DNA of 64,000 nt from Desulfosoma sp. (GCA_037481835.1 JBBFKW010000012.1:78695-142694); one strand, 5' to 3'; counted from the first letter of the stretch, positions 21,294 to 31,777 are shown. The notes: generated from the sequence alone by a model not told the origin. Program-made: numbers and translations.

Positions 21294-22156
21294 GGCCACC
21301 GATCCTCGCCAAAAGGATGAAACCGGCGGTGCTCATGCTCGCCGCAGCAGCGCTCTTCCTCTTTTCGGGCTGTGCCTCTCGAGAAGTCCCGCAGCCGGCT
21401 CCGAAGCCCGCTGCGGCCCCCACGCCTTCGCCCGTGCAGCCCGCGTCGCCACCGGGATCGCAGGATTCGGTCGCCGGAACGCAACGCATCCACGTGGTGC
21501 AGGAACCCCTTGTCGAGTCCAAGACCCCACGAACGGTCATTCACGAAGTCGCCCCCATGGAAACCGTCTGGCGCCTTTCCAAGATGTACGGGGTCTCCAT
21601 GGAATCCATCTACCGGGCCAACGGGCTCAAGCCCGGCGCTCCCATCTCCATCGGCCAGAAACTCACCATTCCCAACGCCACTCAATTCCAGAACATCATC
21701 CCGCTCTATCCCAGTACCTGTTGGCGCTGGATCGTCATTCATCACACGGCGACGGACATCGGCAAGGCCGCCCTGATCCATTACAATCACCAAGACCGCG
21801 GCTTCTGGAACGGGTTGGGCTATCACTTCCTCATCGACAACGGCAGCCTTGGCAAAGGAGACGGTCAAATCGAGGTCTCCCCCCGGTGGATCAAGCAGCA
21901 GAAGGGCGCCCATTGTAAGGTCGGCGGAATGAACGAAATGGGAATCGGGGTGGCCCTTGTGGGCAACTTCGACGAAGGGTTGCCGACGACGAAGCAGATG
22001 CAGTCCTTGGCGCGGCTCATTCGTGAACTGACCCACTATTACCGCATCCCGGCAAGAAACATCGTGGGGCACGGCGACGTGCCGGGAGCCCGCACGGATT
22101 GTCCCGGGAAGCGCTTTCCCTGGGCCGAACTGCAACGTCTCCTCGCCGCACGCTAA
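21290..22156 (+). CDS. lipoprotein with LysM and N-acetylmuramoyl-L-alanine amidase (Amidase_2) domains
   Basis: lipobox FSGC; LysM ETVWRLSKMYG; VIHHT, GYHFLI, GAH, GH, CPG; start may be 21317. Confidence 0.85.
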   Translation: MRPPILAKRMKPAVLMLAAAALFLFSGCASREVPQPAPKPAAAPTPSPVQPASPPGSQDSVAGTQRIHVVQEPLVESKTPRTVIHEVAPMETVWRLSKMYGVSMESIYRANGLKPGAPISIGQKLTIPNATQFQNIIPLYPSTCWRWIVIHHTATDIGKAALIHYNHQDRGFWNGLGYHFLIDNGSLGKGDGQIEVSPRWIKQQKGAHCKVGGMNEMGIGVALVGNFDEGLPTTKQMQSLARLIRELTHYYRIPARNIVGHGDVPGARTDCPGKRFPWAELQRLLAAR

Positions 22157-22794
22157 TCCTTCTTCCAATAGGCGTGCAGGTAAGATCCCCTCTGTGACGT
22201 CGCGTTCCCCAATGCCAAGGACCTTATGGCCATGAGACCGTGAAAGGATTCCGGATAGGGACTTGGGGCGTAGTACAGGAAAAGAACGTGTTCGGCCCCG
22301 TCCTGTGCAACCTTTGCCGCCAGCCGATGATGGTCGTTGGCGTAGTTGAAGACGACGTCGAAGTTTCCAAAAGCCGTTCCATGCCGGATGTATGTGTCCT
22401 CATCGCAGAAGTCCCCGCACCAGATGGTGGGCGGAGCCTCCTCTGTGCGGTAGAAAGGACGGAAAACAGCCGCGTTGGCGAGCGAACGGCGCCACAAGGC
22501 GTCGTCGTATTCCACCCCGAAGGTTTTCAGGCCAAAGACCAAAGACGCCAGAATCACGATACGGCCGTCCCCACTTCCCGCATCGAGGAAAGTCTGATTC
22601 GACCGAAGGAGGCCTTCAGCCATGAGTTTCGCCAGGCCCAGGTGAACGTTTTCCAAGGAGGAGGGGACAAATTCCCCGGCGCCGGTGACGGCGTACACGC
22701 CGAAACGACGGTCTTCCCGCGCATAATGGGCCTGGATGGCGCGCAGGAGACCCTTGGAGGACTCATGGGGCAGGGAGCCATCGGCGCCAGGCAT
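22153..22794 (-). CDS. class I SAM-dependent methyltransferase-like protein
   Basis: FLDAGSGDGRIV, GVEYD, GDF; start uncertain (22794 or 22863), overlaps the upstream gene. Confidence 0.65.
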   Translation of the reverse strand: MPGADGSLPHESSKGLLRAIQAHYAREDRRFGVYAVTGAGEFVPSSLENVHLGLAKLMAEGLLRSNQTFLDAGSGDGRIVILASLVFGLKTFGVEYDDALWRRSLANAAVFRPFYRTEEAPPTIWCGDFCDEDTYIRHGTAFGNFDVVFNYANDHHRLAAKVAQDGAEHVLFLYYAPSPYPESFHGLMAIRSLALGNATSQRGSYLHAYWKKD

Positions 22795-23392
22795 CGGCGG
22801 GGGCGGGGAATCGGGTCGTTCCTTTGGGATCCTGAAGCTGTTCCTTTCGGCGTTGGGATTCATGGCAGCGGCTTTCTCGAGCGATCTGGGACGTGAGTGA
22901 AAGTTTCAGCGCATTGCCCTGGGTGTGCTCTTCGTCGTCTCCGTCGTAATGGCTTAAAACCATGCTGATCTTTTCATTGTCGGCCACTTCGAAAGACCAT
23001 TTCCAGGCCACATAGGCCTGGAAGGGATCCCCCACGTATTGCGTCGGTTCCCCGTATTGTTTTTTCAAAGCATCCAAAAGCCTATCGAAGAAGGCGCGGC
23101 CGTCGTCTTCGTACTTGACTTTAATCCGCACGATGGTCCCCGGGGCGTCACAGACTCCGTAGACGATATAGCCGCTGGCAAAGCCTTGGGGAACCGACAC
23201 AGCCGCTTCTTTAAGATACGGGCGCAAACGCACCGCGTAAGCATTCTCCGGCGCGATCCGGCCTTCATAAGCCTTAATGTTCGTTCCCAGCCGGTATCCC
23301 GCAATTTCCCGGGGCGGAGACTGGGCCGATGCAGCCGTCCAGACTCCGACGGTTCCAAACGCAACGCACAGGACAGTTAAAACGGATTTCAT
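22763..23392 (-). CDS. hypothetical exported protein
   Basis: signal-peptide-like N-terminus; AAGGGG RBS; no recognised family. Confidence 0.65.
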   Translation of the reverse strand: MKSVLTVLCVAFGTVGVWTAASAQSPPREIAGYRLGTNIKAYEGRIAPENAYAVRLRPYLKEAAVSVPQGFASGYIVYGVCDAPGTIVRIKVKYEDDGRAFFDRLLDALKKQYGEPTQYVGDPFQAYVAWKWSFEVADNEKISMVLSHYDGDDEEHTQGNALKLSLTSQIARESRCHESQRRKEQLQDPKGTTRFPAPADAWRRWLPAP

Positions 23393-23512
23393 GACATCCC
23401 CTTTTTGTGGAGCACGCTTTTAAAAATTGCCTTGCGCCCGGCTTTTCCAGAGCGGGGATTCCTTTTTTCACTGCCCGTTGCCGGGGCGATGTGTCGGTCT
23501 TCAAAAGTCCGC

Positions 23513-25822
23513 TCATCCGCTTCGAGTTTGCTCGGGACCCAAAAACCCCATGCCCCGCTGGCGATGCGCGTCCTGGTACACGTGGAGCTTCAACCCGGCG
23601 GAAACGTCCGGGACGTGCACGACCTTGATCACCTTTTCCCACCGGGCTTCATCGGGGCATATGTCGGAGAGCCTGTTGTGCCGCGGTGCCGCAAAGAATT
23701 CTTCACGAAACACCTCCTGGGGATCGTCCGGGAAGACGGCGACCGGCACGATCCTCGCCTCCACCAAGTCGCTGAAAAAATGGGTCCCGAAAGACACCTC
23801 CGGCGTCACGCCTTCCGATTCAAAAGCGATCTCGCCCAGCACCAAGGCATGGTTGATGTCTTCATACCCGACGCGGACTCCCAAGTGAAGCTCGTTGGTC
23901 CCCCAACGGCCGGGCCCGAACAAGGCGAAACGCTTCCCCTGAAGGGCCCGGTTGATCCGCCCGATCACACGTCCCACGGACGCCTTCTCGGTCAAGTCCT
24001 TAAGACGCCCATAGGCCTTCGGGTCCACGTACACCACGTAGTCCAGATTGCGCACAACGGCGTTGAAAAGCACCTTGGAATTGGTGAAGACAATCCGTTC
24101 TTCGGGGATGTCCGTCGGGATGTCCACCTGAGCCAATTCCTCGTGTACCGCCAGGGTCCGGCACTGCAACAAGAACAGCTGATCGTCGTGCCAGGCGAAT
24201 TCCACATCCACCGGGTGTTCATAGGCCTGTTCCAAGCGCCGGAGGATCTTTCGAAGCAGACCGGCAAAAGGGGAACGGCGCAGCAGGTTGTCAAAGGTGA
24301 CGACTGCCGTCTCCGGGGCTACGACCTGGCTTTTAAACAGGGGAGACGACACATGGTCGTCATCCACGCTGGACACCGCCCAATAGGCCGCATCCGGCGG
24401 AAGATGGGGCAACAGATCGAGAAACGAAACCGTTTCCACCCGGCCGCTCCGGAGGTTGATCCCATCCACCAGGCGCTGGGAATATTTGATGATCTGGCGC
24501 GCCGAAACTTCAGGGCGCATGTCGGGATGACTCAAGGCCACCAACCGGGGATAGTCCTGCCCGACGCGTTCCACCGCTCGCGTGCCCAAGCCGAGAACCA
24601 GTCGAGCCATTCCGTCTTCTTCACGGATTTTCGGAGACCACCGATAGGTGTTGCGAGAAAAAGCCACTCCTGAAGCCAGGGGAAAAAAATAATCGCCGTA
24701 CCGGGCCCCCACCACTTTCTGGACGAGGACGCTCATCTTTTCATCGAAGTCCAGCAGGTTGTGATCCCTTCGATACAAGATGGGCGCCGGTGCATAGGTG
24801 CTCATGTGCACCCTTTTGAGTCCCCAGATGAACTCCTCCAGTCGTTTTTCCAACGGGCCCTGGTTCGCCAAGAAAACGGAATCGTATTTGCCGGAAAACG
24901 CATGGCCGAAGTTGTCTTCCAAGAGACTGGACGATCTCAGGATGATCGGACATTCGCCGAGCCGTTCCAAAAATCTCCTGAACATGGCCACCATATCCGG
25001 CGGAAATGAAGCGCGGGCGAAAAGTTCCGAAATGTGTTTGTACTCCTCTTCGATGACCTCCCGGGTTTTGTACTTTTGGCTATGGAACCAGTGGAGATTG
25101 TTATAGTCGATAAAATCTGAAAAAATACCGGAATTGAAGTAATACGATTCGGGGATGCGCAGGAATTGCTCCAACTCGGGGTCTTTGGAGGCAAGGCGCG
25201 GCAGAAGGATCTTATAGGCAAGGAGCATCCCCGCCGCCTTGCCTCCCACTTTGCCGGATCTTCGGGGATTCCAGTAGGCATGGTCCACCATTTCGTCGAT
25301 ATCGCGAATGGTGATGTGTTTTTTGGCAATGCCTACAAAGGGCAGTTGGTTGGAAATGAAATGGCTGATCAGGGCCACCCGCACTCCTTCTGCTTCGCTC
25401 GGGGGGATGAACAAATCCCCCTCGGGCAGGGCGCAGAAATCTTTAAGCGCCTTCTTGATGTGCTTCGATGTCGCCCCTTCGGTGTTGACGACCCGACTGA
25501 GAATTTGAAATCTTTCCAGCTTCTGTGCCAGCTGGATGTGATCTTGGATGTCCTTTTCGGAGAAGGCTTGGGCGGAGAGGATGTCCGTGAGGGCGTCCGA
25601 AACCTCGCGCCGATGCTCTGCATCATCGGCCAGGTTGAGAACCCGCACGGCTTCCTCCACCATGCTTTGGAACCACGATTGCGTGACGACCCCGCGCTCC
25701 AGCAAAGAACGCCTCAACAGGGTCCGGATGGATTCCGCCAGATTTCCACGGGCCATGATCCGTTGTTGGAGGCGGTAGGTACGAATCAGCCCGATGAGTT
25801 GTTCCGAAGGGACATTGATCAT
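23513..25822 (-). CDS. PEP/pyruvate-binding (PPDK_N, ATP-grasp) domain protein without recognisable His-swivel domain
   Basis: VGGKAAG, ILRSSSLLED..FSGKY, QKVVG, GLGTRAV, VDVEF, LQCR, GPGRWG, SFGTHFF; start 25822 or 25843. Confidence 0.85.
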   Translation of the reverse strand: MINVPSEQLIGLIRTYRLQQRIMARGNLAESIRTLLRRSLLERGVVTQSWFQSMVEEAVRVLNLADDAEHRREVSDALTDILSAQAFSEKDIQDHIQLAQKLERFQILSRVVNTEGATSKHIKKALKDFCALPEGDLFIPPSEAEGVRVALISHFISNQLPFVGIAKKHITIRDIDEMVDHAYWNPRRSGKVGGKAAGMLLAYKILLPRLASKDPELEQFLRIPESYYFNSGIFSDFIDYNNLHWFHSQKYKTREVIEEEYKHISELFARASFPPDMVAMFRRFLERLGECPIILRSSSLLEDNFGHAFSGKYDSVFLANQGPLEKRLEEFIWGLKRVHMSTYAPAPILYRRDHNLLDFDEKMSVLVQKVVGARYGDYFFPLASGVAFSRNTYRWSPKIREEDGMARLVLGLGTRAVERVGQDYPRLVALSHPDMRPEVSARQIIKYSQRLVDGINLRSGRVETVSFLDLLPHLPPDAAYWAVSSVDDDHVSSPLFKSQVVAPETAVVTFDNLLRRSPFAGLLRKILRRLEQAYEHPVDVEFAWHDDQLFLLQCRTLAVHEELAQVDIPTDIPEERIVFTNSKVLFNAVVRNLDYVVYVDPKAYGRLKDLTEKASVGRVIGRINRALQGKRFALFGPGRWGTNELHLGVRVGYEDINHALVLGEIAFESEGVTPEVSFGTHFFSDLVEARIVPVAVFPDDPQEVFREEFFAAPRHNRLSDICPDEARWEKVIKVVHVPDVSAGLKLHVYQDAHRQRGMGFLGPEQTRSG

Positions 25823-25848
25823 AAATCCTGGGTCCCCCTTCATCCCTT

Positions 25849-27099
25849 TCAGACCCAACCGCGCAGCTTGCACGCTTCCGCCACTCGAGCCACACTCACC
25901 AAGTAGGCGGCCTCTCTCAAGTTCGTTTTGTGGCGCGTCGCCATGTCGAAGACGGCGTGGAAAGCGCGGGTCATCTTGTCGTCCAGGCGCGTATGGACGT
26001 CCTTGATTTCCCAATAAAAATTGTAAGTGTTCTGCACTTGTTCGAAATAGGACACCGTCACCCCGCCGGCGTTGGCTAAAAAGTCCGGAAGCACCAGGAT
26101 CCCTTTGTCATGGAGAATGGCGTCGGCTTCCGGCGTTGTCGGTCCGTTGGCCAATTCGCACATGATGCGGGCGCGAAGGCGGGGAGCGTTTTCTTCGGTG
26201 ATGGCGTTTTCCAGGGCGGAGGGGAAAAGGACCGTGACGTCCAGTTCCAGGAGTTCCTCGTTACTCAGGGATTCGCCGCCGGGAAAGCCTGCAACCGTGC
26301 CTGTGTGCTTCTTGTGATGGATGAGAGCCGCCGGGTCCATGCCCTTTGGGTTGTAAACGGCTCCTTTGGAATCGGATGCGGCCACAAGTTTGAGGCCCAG
26401 GATTTCCGAACCCAGCAGCGCCGCGTATTGCCCCGCATTGCCGAAGCCCTGCACCGCCATGGTGCCTCCGTCCAAGGAAATTCCATAGGCCTTGGCCGCC
26501 TCCCGCGTCACGTAAATGCCTCCTCGCGCCGTAGCGTCATGCCGGCCCAGGGATCCTCCGAGGGGGACGGGTTTTCCCGTAATGACACCGGGATGATGCT
26601 CGCCCACGAGGGTTTCGTACTCGTCCATCATCCAGGCCATGATTTGCGGCGTGGTATAGACATCAGGAGCCGGCACATCTTTGGTGACCGCCACAATCCC
26701 GGCGATGGCCCTCATGTAGGCTCGAGCCAGCCGCTCCTTTTCCCCTTCCGAAAGTTCCTTGGGATTGCACACAATCCCGCCTTTGCCTCCTCCCAGGGGA
26801 ATGTCCACCACGGACGTCTTCCACGTCATCCATGCCGCCAAGGCACGAACGGTGTCGAGCGTCTCATCGGGATGCCAGCGCAATCCCCCTTTGGCCGGAC
26901 CTCGGGCCGTATTGTATTGGACGCGAAAACCTCGAAAAATCTTTGTGGTCCCATCGTCCATCCGAACCGGCATGGTAAAGGTGTACTCTCTCATGGGCCA
27001 GCGCAAGAGCTCGTGGGTGGCCTCATCCAACCCCAACTTTTCGGCGGCCCGGTCCAATTGCTTCTGGGCCATAACAAACGGGTTGAGTCGCTCTGTCAT
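25849..27099 (-). CDS. gdhA: Glu/Leu/Phe/Val dehydrogenase, probably glutamate dehydrogenase
   Basis: [58 protein letters not shown]. Confidence 0.9.
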   Translation of the reverse strand: MTERLNPFVMAQKQLDRAAEKLGLDEATHELLRWPMREYTFTMPVRMDDGTTKIFRGFRVQYNTARGPAKGGLRWHPDETLDTVRALAAWMTWKTSVVDIPLGGGKGGIVCNPKELSEGEKERLARAYMRAIAGIVAVTKDVPAPDVYTTPQIMAWMMDEYETLVGEHHPGVITGKPVPLGGSLGRHDATARGGIYVTREAAKAYGISLDGGTMAVQGFGNAGQYAALLGSEILGLKLVAASDSKGAVYNPKGMDPAALIHHKKHTGTVAGFPGGESLSNEELLELDVTVLFPSALENAITEENAPRLRARIMCELANGPTTPEADAILHDKGILVLPDFLANAGGVTVSYFEQVQNTYNFYWEIKDVHTRLDDKMTRAFHAVFDMATRHKTNLREAAYLVSVARVAEACKLRGWV

Positions 27100-27186
27100 G
27101 TCCTCTCCTTTCCACTTCGCGAGATTTTGGGATGAACGACAAGAAGCCTCACAGGTTCCACGCACCATTCAGGGAACACTTTCCGC

Positions 27187-27231
27187 TTGACATCCTTAAC
27201 CTGTCATTCTAAAAGTCAGCTCCGACTTTTA
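27187..27231 (+). promoter_or_regulatory. sigma70-like promoter overlapped by a palindromic operator candidate
   Basis: TTGACA-N17-TAAAAG; inverted repeat TAAAAGTC-N6-GACTTTTA at 27210-27231. Confidence 0.5.
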
Positions 27232-27376
27232 AGTGGCGATAAAACCCTGCGCACAACGGCGTGCGGCTTCCAAGGGTTTTTGGGGACGAGGGCGTCCGAT
27301 CTTTCTCCCGTAAAAGGGGGGAAGCGGGCGCTTTTTTATTTCGGGGCACCTTACTTTTTAGGAGGAGGACTAAAGC

Positions 27377-28942
27377 ATGTCTTACAGCCAGCCGAACCGC
27401 AGTGCAGCTACCCTGACCACCACCCGAGTGGAACCGGCTCCCATCTCCGGCATCTGCGTCACGTGCCTGGACGGCTGTGAAGGGCCGTGCGAAATCGGCC
27501 GTTCCGCCCTCAAAGGCCGTGAGATGATCTACCCTCAGCCCTTCGGTAAGATCACGGCGGGGGCCAACAAAGATTACCCCGTGGATTTTTCCCACTTCAA
27601 CATTCAAGGCACCTGTGTGGGTGCGGTGGGCGTGGCGGCCGATCCGGACGTGGCCACGTTCCCCGCTGTGGACTGCACGACGGCGGTCGGCGCCGACGGA
27701 TCCATCAAGTTGGATTTTCCGGTTTTCACGGGAGCTGTGGGTTCGACGGATATCGCTCGCATCAATTGGGAAGACGTGGCCGTAGGCGCCGCCATTTCCG
27801 GGGTATTGGTCGTGGCGGGGGAAAACATTTGCGGCATGGACCCTCAGGCCGAAATCAAGAACGGCCGGGTCGTCAAGTCCCCCGAAATGGAACGGCGCGT
27901 GTCCGCTTTCAAGCGCTGGTACAACGGCAAGGGCGGCATTATCGTCCAGGCCAACGTGGAAGATACCAAGCTGGGTGTTCCCGAATACGTCATCGAAAAA
28001 CTGGGCATTGAAATTTTTGAGCTCAAATGGGGTCAAGGCGCCAAGGACATCGGCGGTGAAGTGAAGCTGCCCACCATCGAGCGGGCCCTTCAGCTGAAGG
28101 AACGCGGCTACATCGTTTTGCCCGACCCCACACGACCTGCGGTGCAAAAAGCCTTTCAGTCGGGCGGCATCACGGAATTCGAACGCCATTCCCGACTTGG
28201 AATGGTGGACGAAGAAGGCTTCTACAAGGAAGTGGAACGGCTGCGCACGGTGGGCGCCAAGTACGTGACCCTCAAAACCGGTGCCTACCGTCCCGCCGAT
28301 TTGGCACGAGCCATCAAGTATTCTTCGGAAGCCAAGATCGATTTGCTCACCATCGACGGCGCCGGCGGTGGAACGGGCATGAGCCCGTGGCGGATGATGA
28401 ACGAATGGGGCATCCCCACGGTCTACCTGGAATGCATGACCTATGAGATGTGCGAAAAGCTTCGAGCCAAAGGGGCGTATATTCCGCCCATCGCCATCGC
28501 GGGCGGCTTGAGCCTGGAAGACCACTTGTTCAAGGCCATTGCGTTGGGGGCCCCCTACGTCAAGGCCATTTGTTTGGGCCGGGCCATCTTGACCGCCGCC
28601 ATGGTCGGCAAGACCCATGGGAAGCTCATGGCGGAGAAAATGACCCAGCAGGGACGGCGCCTGGAAGAAGGCTATCTTTCCTTGTTCGCCGTCGGCGCAC
28701 AGCTCAAGGAACGCTTTGGGGACGACTTCGAAAAGCTCCCGCCCGGCGCCATCGGCATGTACTCCTATATCGATCGCTTGCGCCAGGGCCTCCAGCAGCT
28801 CATGGCCGGAGCGCGCAAGTTTGCGCTTCGATACATCGACCGTAATGACATTGTGGCCCTGACCCGAGAAGCCGCGGAAATTTCCGGCATCCCCTACGTC
28901 ATGGACAGCGACCGCGAGGAAATCGAAAAAATCCTCGGCTAA
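27377..28942 (+). CDS. FMN-binding glutamate synthase family protein (stand-alone GltB FMN domain)
   Basis: ELKWGQGAK, LKTGAY, TIDGAGGGTGMSP, EWGIPT, AGG; N-terminal CxxCxxxCxxxC. Confidence 0.88.
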   Translation: MSYSQPNRSAATLTTTRVEPAPISGICVTCLDGCEGPCEIGRSALKGREMIYPQPFGKITAGANKDYPVDFSHFNIQGTCVGAVGVAADPDVATFPAVDCTTAVGADGSIKLDFPVFTGAVGSTDIARINWEDVAVGAAISGVLVVAGENICGMDPQAEIKNGRVVKSPEMERRVSAFKRWYNGKGGIIVQANVEDTKLGVPEYVIEKLGIEIFELKWGQGAKDIGGEVKLPTIERALQLKERGYIVLPDPTRPAVQKAFQSGGITEFERHSRLGMVDEEGFYKEVERLRTVGAKYVTLKTGAYRPADLARAIKYSSEAKIDLLTIDGAGGGTGMSPWRMMNEWGIPTVYLECMTYEMCEKLRAKGAYIPPIAIAGGLSLEDHLFKAIALGAPYVKAICLGRAILTAAMVGKTHGKLMAEKMTQQGRRLEEGYLSLFAVGAQLKERFGDDFEKLPPGAIGMYSYIDRLRQGLQQLMAGARKFALRYIDRNDIVALTREAAEISGIPYVMDSDREEIEKILG

Positions 28943-29022
28943 GGGCCGAAAAGGCGTCATCGCCGATCACCGATCCGGGGCTGCCTCAGCCCCGGGCAGT
29001 CACTTGAAGAAAGGAGTCCACC

Positions 29023-29229
29023 ATGTCCAAGAACGTTTGCGCCCATCTGTGCAAATCCTGCTATGCCGCTCACGTGTGCGCCGTCAACGCCATCACCGAA
29101 CTCAACGGGACGGTGCTCATCAACTCTGAAAAATGCATCGGGTGCGGATCCTGCCGGACCGCTTGCGTCGCCTTCGGGTATAAGGCGCTGCAGAACAAAT
29201 CGGCAGCGTCTTTTATGAAAGAAGCTTAA
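29023..29229 (+). CDS. small 4Fe-4S ferredoxin-like protein
   Basis: CIGCGSCRTAC plus N-terminal Cys cluster; AAGGAG RBS. Confidence 0.8.
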   Translation: MSKNVCAHLCKSCYAAHVCAVNAITELNGTVLINSEKCIGCGSCRTACVAFGYKALQNKSAASFMKEA

Positions 29230-29307
29230 TCCTGCGCATCCCTCAAGGGCATGGCCGGGGTTCGGGGACTCCCCCGCGCCTCGGCCGGCCCACAAACGCC
29301 CTCCCCA

Positions 29308-30606
29308 TTATCGTACGACCACCCAAAAGAGGCGGGCCGTCTCAGGGGTGGTGTTTTGCCATTCCTCGGGAATTTCCGCCGCCAGATCAATCACGTCTCC
29401 TTTGCGTGCCGTAAAGGTTTTGTGTCCCAGCCGAAAGGCCACCGTTCCCACCACAACGCAGCCCAGCTCATGGCCTTTGCTTTTGAAAAAGTGCGTGCGG
29501 GCATGACTCCCGGGATCCAGCTCGATGAGATAAGGCTGGGCTCTGGCTCCAAAGTCCCACGGGGCAAAGGCTTTCACCCGAATGCCCGGGGACATGGGTC
29601 CGAGGGTTTTCACCACCAGGGCATCGGCCTCGCACAAGACGGGGCTCCCTTCCCCAGAGGTTTCTTCGCCGAAAAATGAGGCCACCGGCACCTGGAGGAC
29701 TTCGGCCATCTTCAACAGCGCCGGGACAGATGGGTAGATGAGGTTGCTTTCCACCTGGGAGATGCTGCTCGGGGTCACCCCGACCAATCGCGCCAGTTCC
29801 GTTTGGGACAGGCCTCTTTCGGTCCGCACATGCCGAAGACGCCGCCCGATGCCCGCACGATCGCTCCCCCGAACGTCTTGCCCGAAAACCACCTGAGGGC
29901 CGTCCGTCCAGTAAATCACGGGATCGCCCAGGGAAGGGACTTTTCGTCCTTCGGCTTTCAGGACTGTGAGGGTCGTCGTGCCCCGCTTGACGGCCAATTC
30001 GATGACCACCTGGGCGATTTGATTGACCTGGGCCCGAAGCTTCGGGGAATGAGCTTTCTTTTCCATGATCCAGTAGGCCACGGTGCGCAACTCGTAGAGT
30101 CGCGGGCATGAATGGGTGTAAAAGCGGGCCATATTCTCCTCACCGCCCCACAGCTCTTGCATCCCCGTGAGACTCTCGAAGACGAACCCCACCACTCCGG
30201 ACAGCTCGCTGTGGAGCCGGTAAAGGGCGTCCATGAAAACCTCCACGTCGCCGGGCCGGTCCACGCAGTGAATACGACACGGCCACGCTCTGGCCTCCTG
30301 CTCGTAGAAACTGACAAAAGGCGGGGATCCTCTGCCTTTTCCAAGCGTGAAACAGTCCATGAGAATAAAGAGCGGATGCCGGGCGACGGATCCCAAACGT
30401 TCCAGAAGGTTCCTCGGAGAACGGTCAAAACTCGCATAGATCACCGGCCGCCCTTCCTCGAGACATTGCTCCATAAAACGAAGGCAAAAGACGGGAGCGA
30501 GACTCCCCGCGTCATCATACCAAATGACGTTGTCCCCAATGAGAATGCCCTCGAGCAAGCGATCCAAATCGGGAATGCCGGAGATAATGGTTTCTTTTTC
30601 GGGCAT
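29308..30606 (-). CDS. transcriptional regulator: degenerate KaiC/RecA-like domain, XRE HTH and cupin
   Basis: SGIPDLDRLL N-terminus; GLSQTELARLVGVTPSSISQVE HTH; GHELGCVVVG...GDVI cupin. Confidence 0.8.
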   Translation of the reverse strand: MPEKETIISGIPDLDRLLEGILIGDNVIWYDDAGSLAPVFCLRFMEQCLEEGRPVIYASFDRSPRNLLERLGSVARHPLFILMDCFTLGKGRGSPPFVSFYEQEARAWPCRIHCVDRPGDVEVFMDALYRLHSELSGVVGFVFESLTGMQELWGGEENMARFYTHSCPRLYELRTVAYWIMEKKAHSPKLRAQVNQIAQVVIELAVKRGTTTLTVLKAEGRKVPSLGDPVIYWTDGPQVVFGQDVRGSDRAGIGRRLRHVRTERGLSQTELARLVGVTPSSISQVESNLIYPSVPALLKMAEVLQVPVASFFGEETSGEGSPVLCEADALVVKTLGPMSPGIRVKAFAPWDFGARAQPYLIELDPGSHARTHFFKSKGHELGCVVVGTVAFRLGHKTFTARKGDVIDLAAEIPEEWQNTTPETARLFWVVVR

Positions 30607-30831
30607 CGAATCACACTCCTTGGGAAAAGAAGAAATTGTTCACCGTGACGTTAGCCGAGGCCGGCTTCCGCGTCAATGCGGGGCCGGTCTTCGGCCCAGG
30701 CTGAAGAAGCATCCTTGTCCGATGGGAAGTTTTTGCGCCGGCAACCACTCTATGCTAGTCTGCACGTGGATAATTCTTGGAAGGCCCAAAGGAACCGCCG
30801 AGGCACCCTCATCGCGGCCGCGGGGAAAAGC

Positions 30832-31263
30832 ATGCGCCCAGAGGAACCCAACGACAAGGACGACGTGGCCACCTGGGCCTCTTTGTGCCATTTCAGCGCT
30901 CTTCTCGGGGCAATTTGGTGGATTCCCGCGAGCACGCTATGGCTGCCCGTGGGCCACGTGCTGTGTCCTTTGGGCGTGTGGCTTGTGAAACGAAAAAAGT
31001 CGCCGAAAATCGATTGGGCCGGCAGGGAATCTTTGAATTTTCAGCTGAGCATGACCGCTTACGGTGTTTTGGGCGCCATGGTGCTCCCCGGCATGGGCGC
31101 CACCCTATGGCTGTGGGCCGTCGCCCTCACGGACCTTTATTGGATCGCCCGGGCCGGTGTCGCCGCCAGTGAAGGGCGCTTCTTTCACTACCCCCTCATT
31201 GTCTGGCGGCTTTTCAAGGAAACGGAAGCCATTCGGGCCCTTCGCGAAAAAGACCCCGATTGA
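30832..31263 (+). CDS. DUF4870-like membrane protein
   Basis: WASLCHFS, PLGVWL, GRESLNFQLS, GRFFHYPL. Confidence 0.75.
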   Translation: MRPEEPNDKDDVATWASLCHFSALLGAIWWIPASTLWLPVGHVLCPLGVWLVKRKKSPKIDWAGRESLNFQLSMTAYGVLGAMVLPGMGATLWLWAVALTDLYWIARAGVAASEGRFFHYPLIVWRLFKETEAIRALREKDPD

Positions 31264-31285
31264 CCCTTGCCCCCAAAGGCGTGTT

Positions 31286-31777
31286 ATGGATTCTTCACAC
31301 GAAAGACTGGTGCCCCTCTTGAGGGAAGGCGTGGATGTGATCAAAATGGTGCTGTTTAAGCACCTGAAAGAGCACATCCGCGCGACACATGGCGCCCTGG
31401 AGCCAACCCAGGTCGTCCGGTTGACGGGAGCGGCGGTCAATGAGTTGTTCGGGCACGTTCCTGCCGAAGAACCCCATCTGTCCTTTGCGTTGCGTCACGG
31501 CGAGCTCATTGAAAACATCTTGCGGGAAATCCCCTCGGCGCTGGCCCCTCTAAGAGCCCCCCTCACCGACGCCTTGCGCATGCAGTGCCTATGCGACAGC
31601 TACGAAGGGAGAGATTCCACTCAGGTTCTCAGTCGGGCCAAAGAACTGGGAATCCTCGTCCTGGAGCGCGACGTGCCCCTCCCGGCATCCTTTATGAGCC
31701 TGGTGCGCAGCTGGGGCATCGCAAGTGGCCTTCTCGCCCCTTCCCCCGCAGCACCCCCTTCTTCGTCGGTGGCTTAG
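31286..31777 (+). CDS. hypothetical protein
   Basis: fills the gap after DUF4870; LTDALR..LCD; no family recognised. Confidence 0.6.
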   Translation: MDSSHERLVPLLREGVDVIKMVLFKHLKEHIRATHGALEPTQVVRLTGAAVNELFGHVPAEEPHLSFALRHGELIENILREIPSALAPLRAPLTDALRMQCLCDSYEGRDSTQVLSRAKELGILVLERDVPLPASFMSLVRSWGIASGLLAPSPAAPPSSSVA

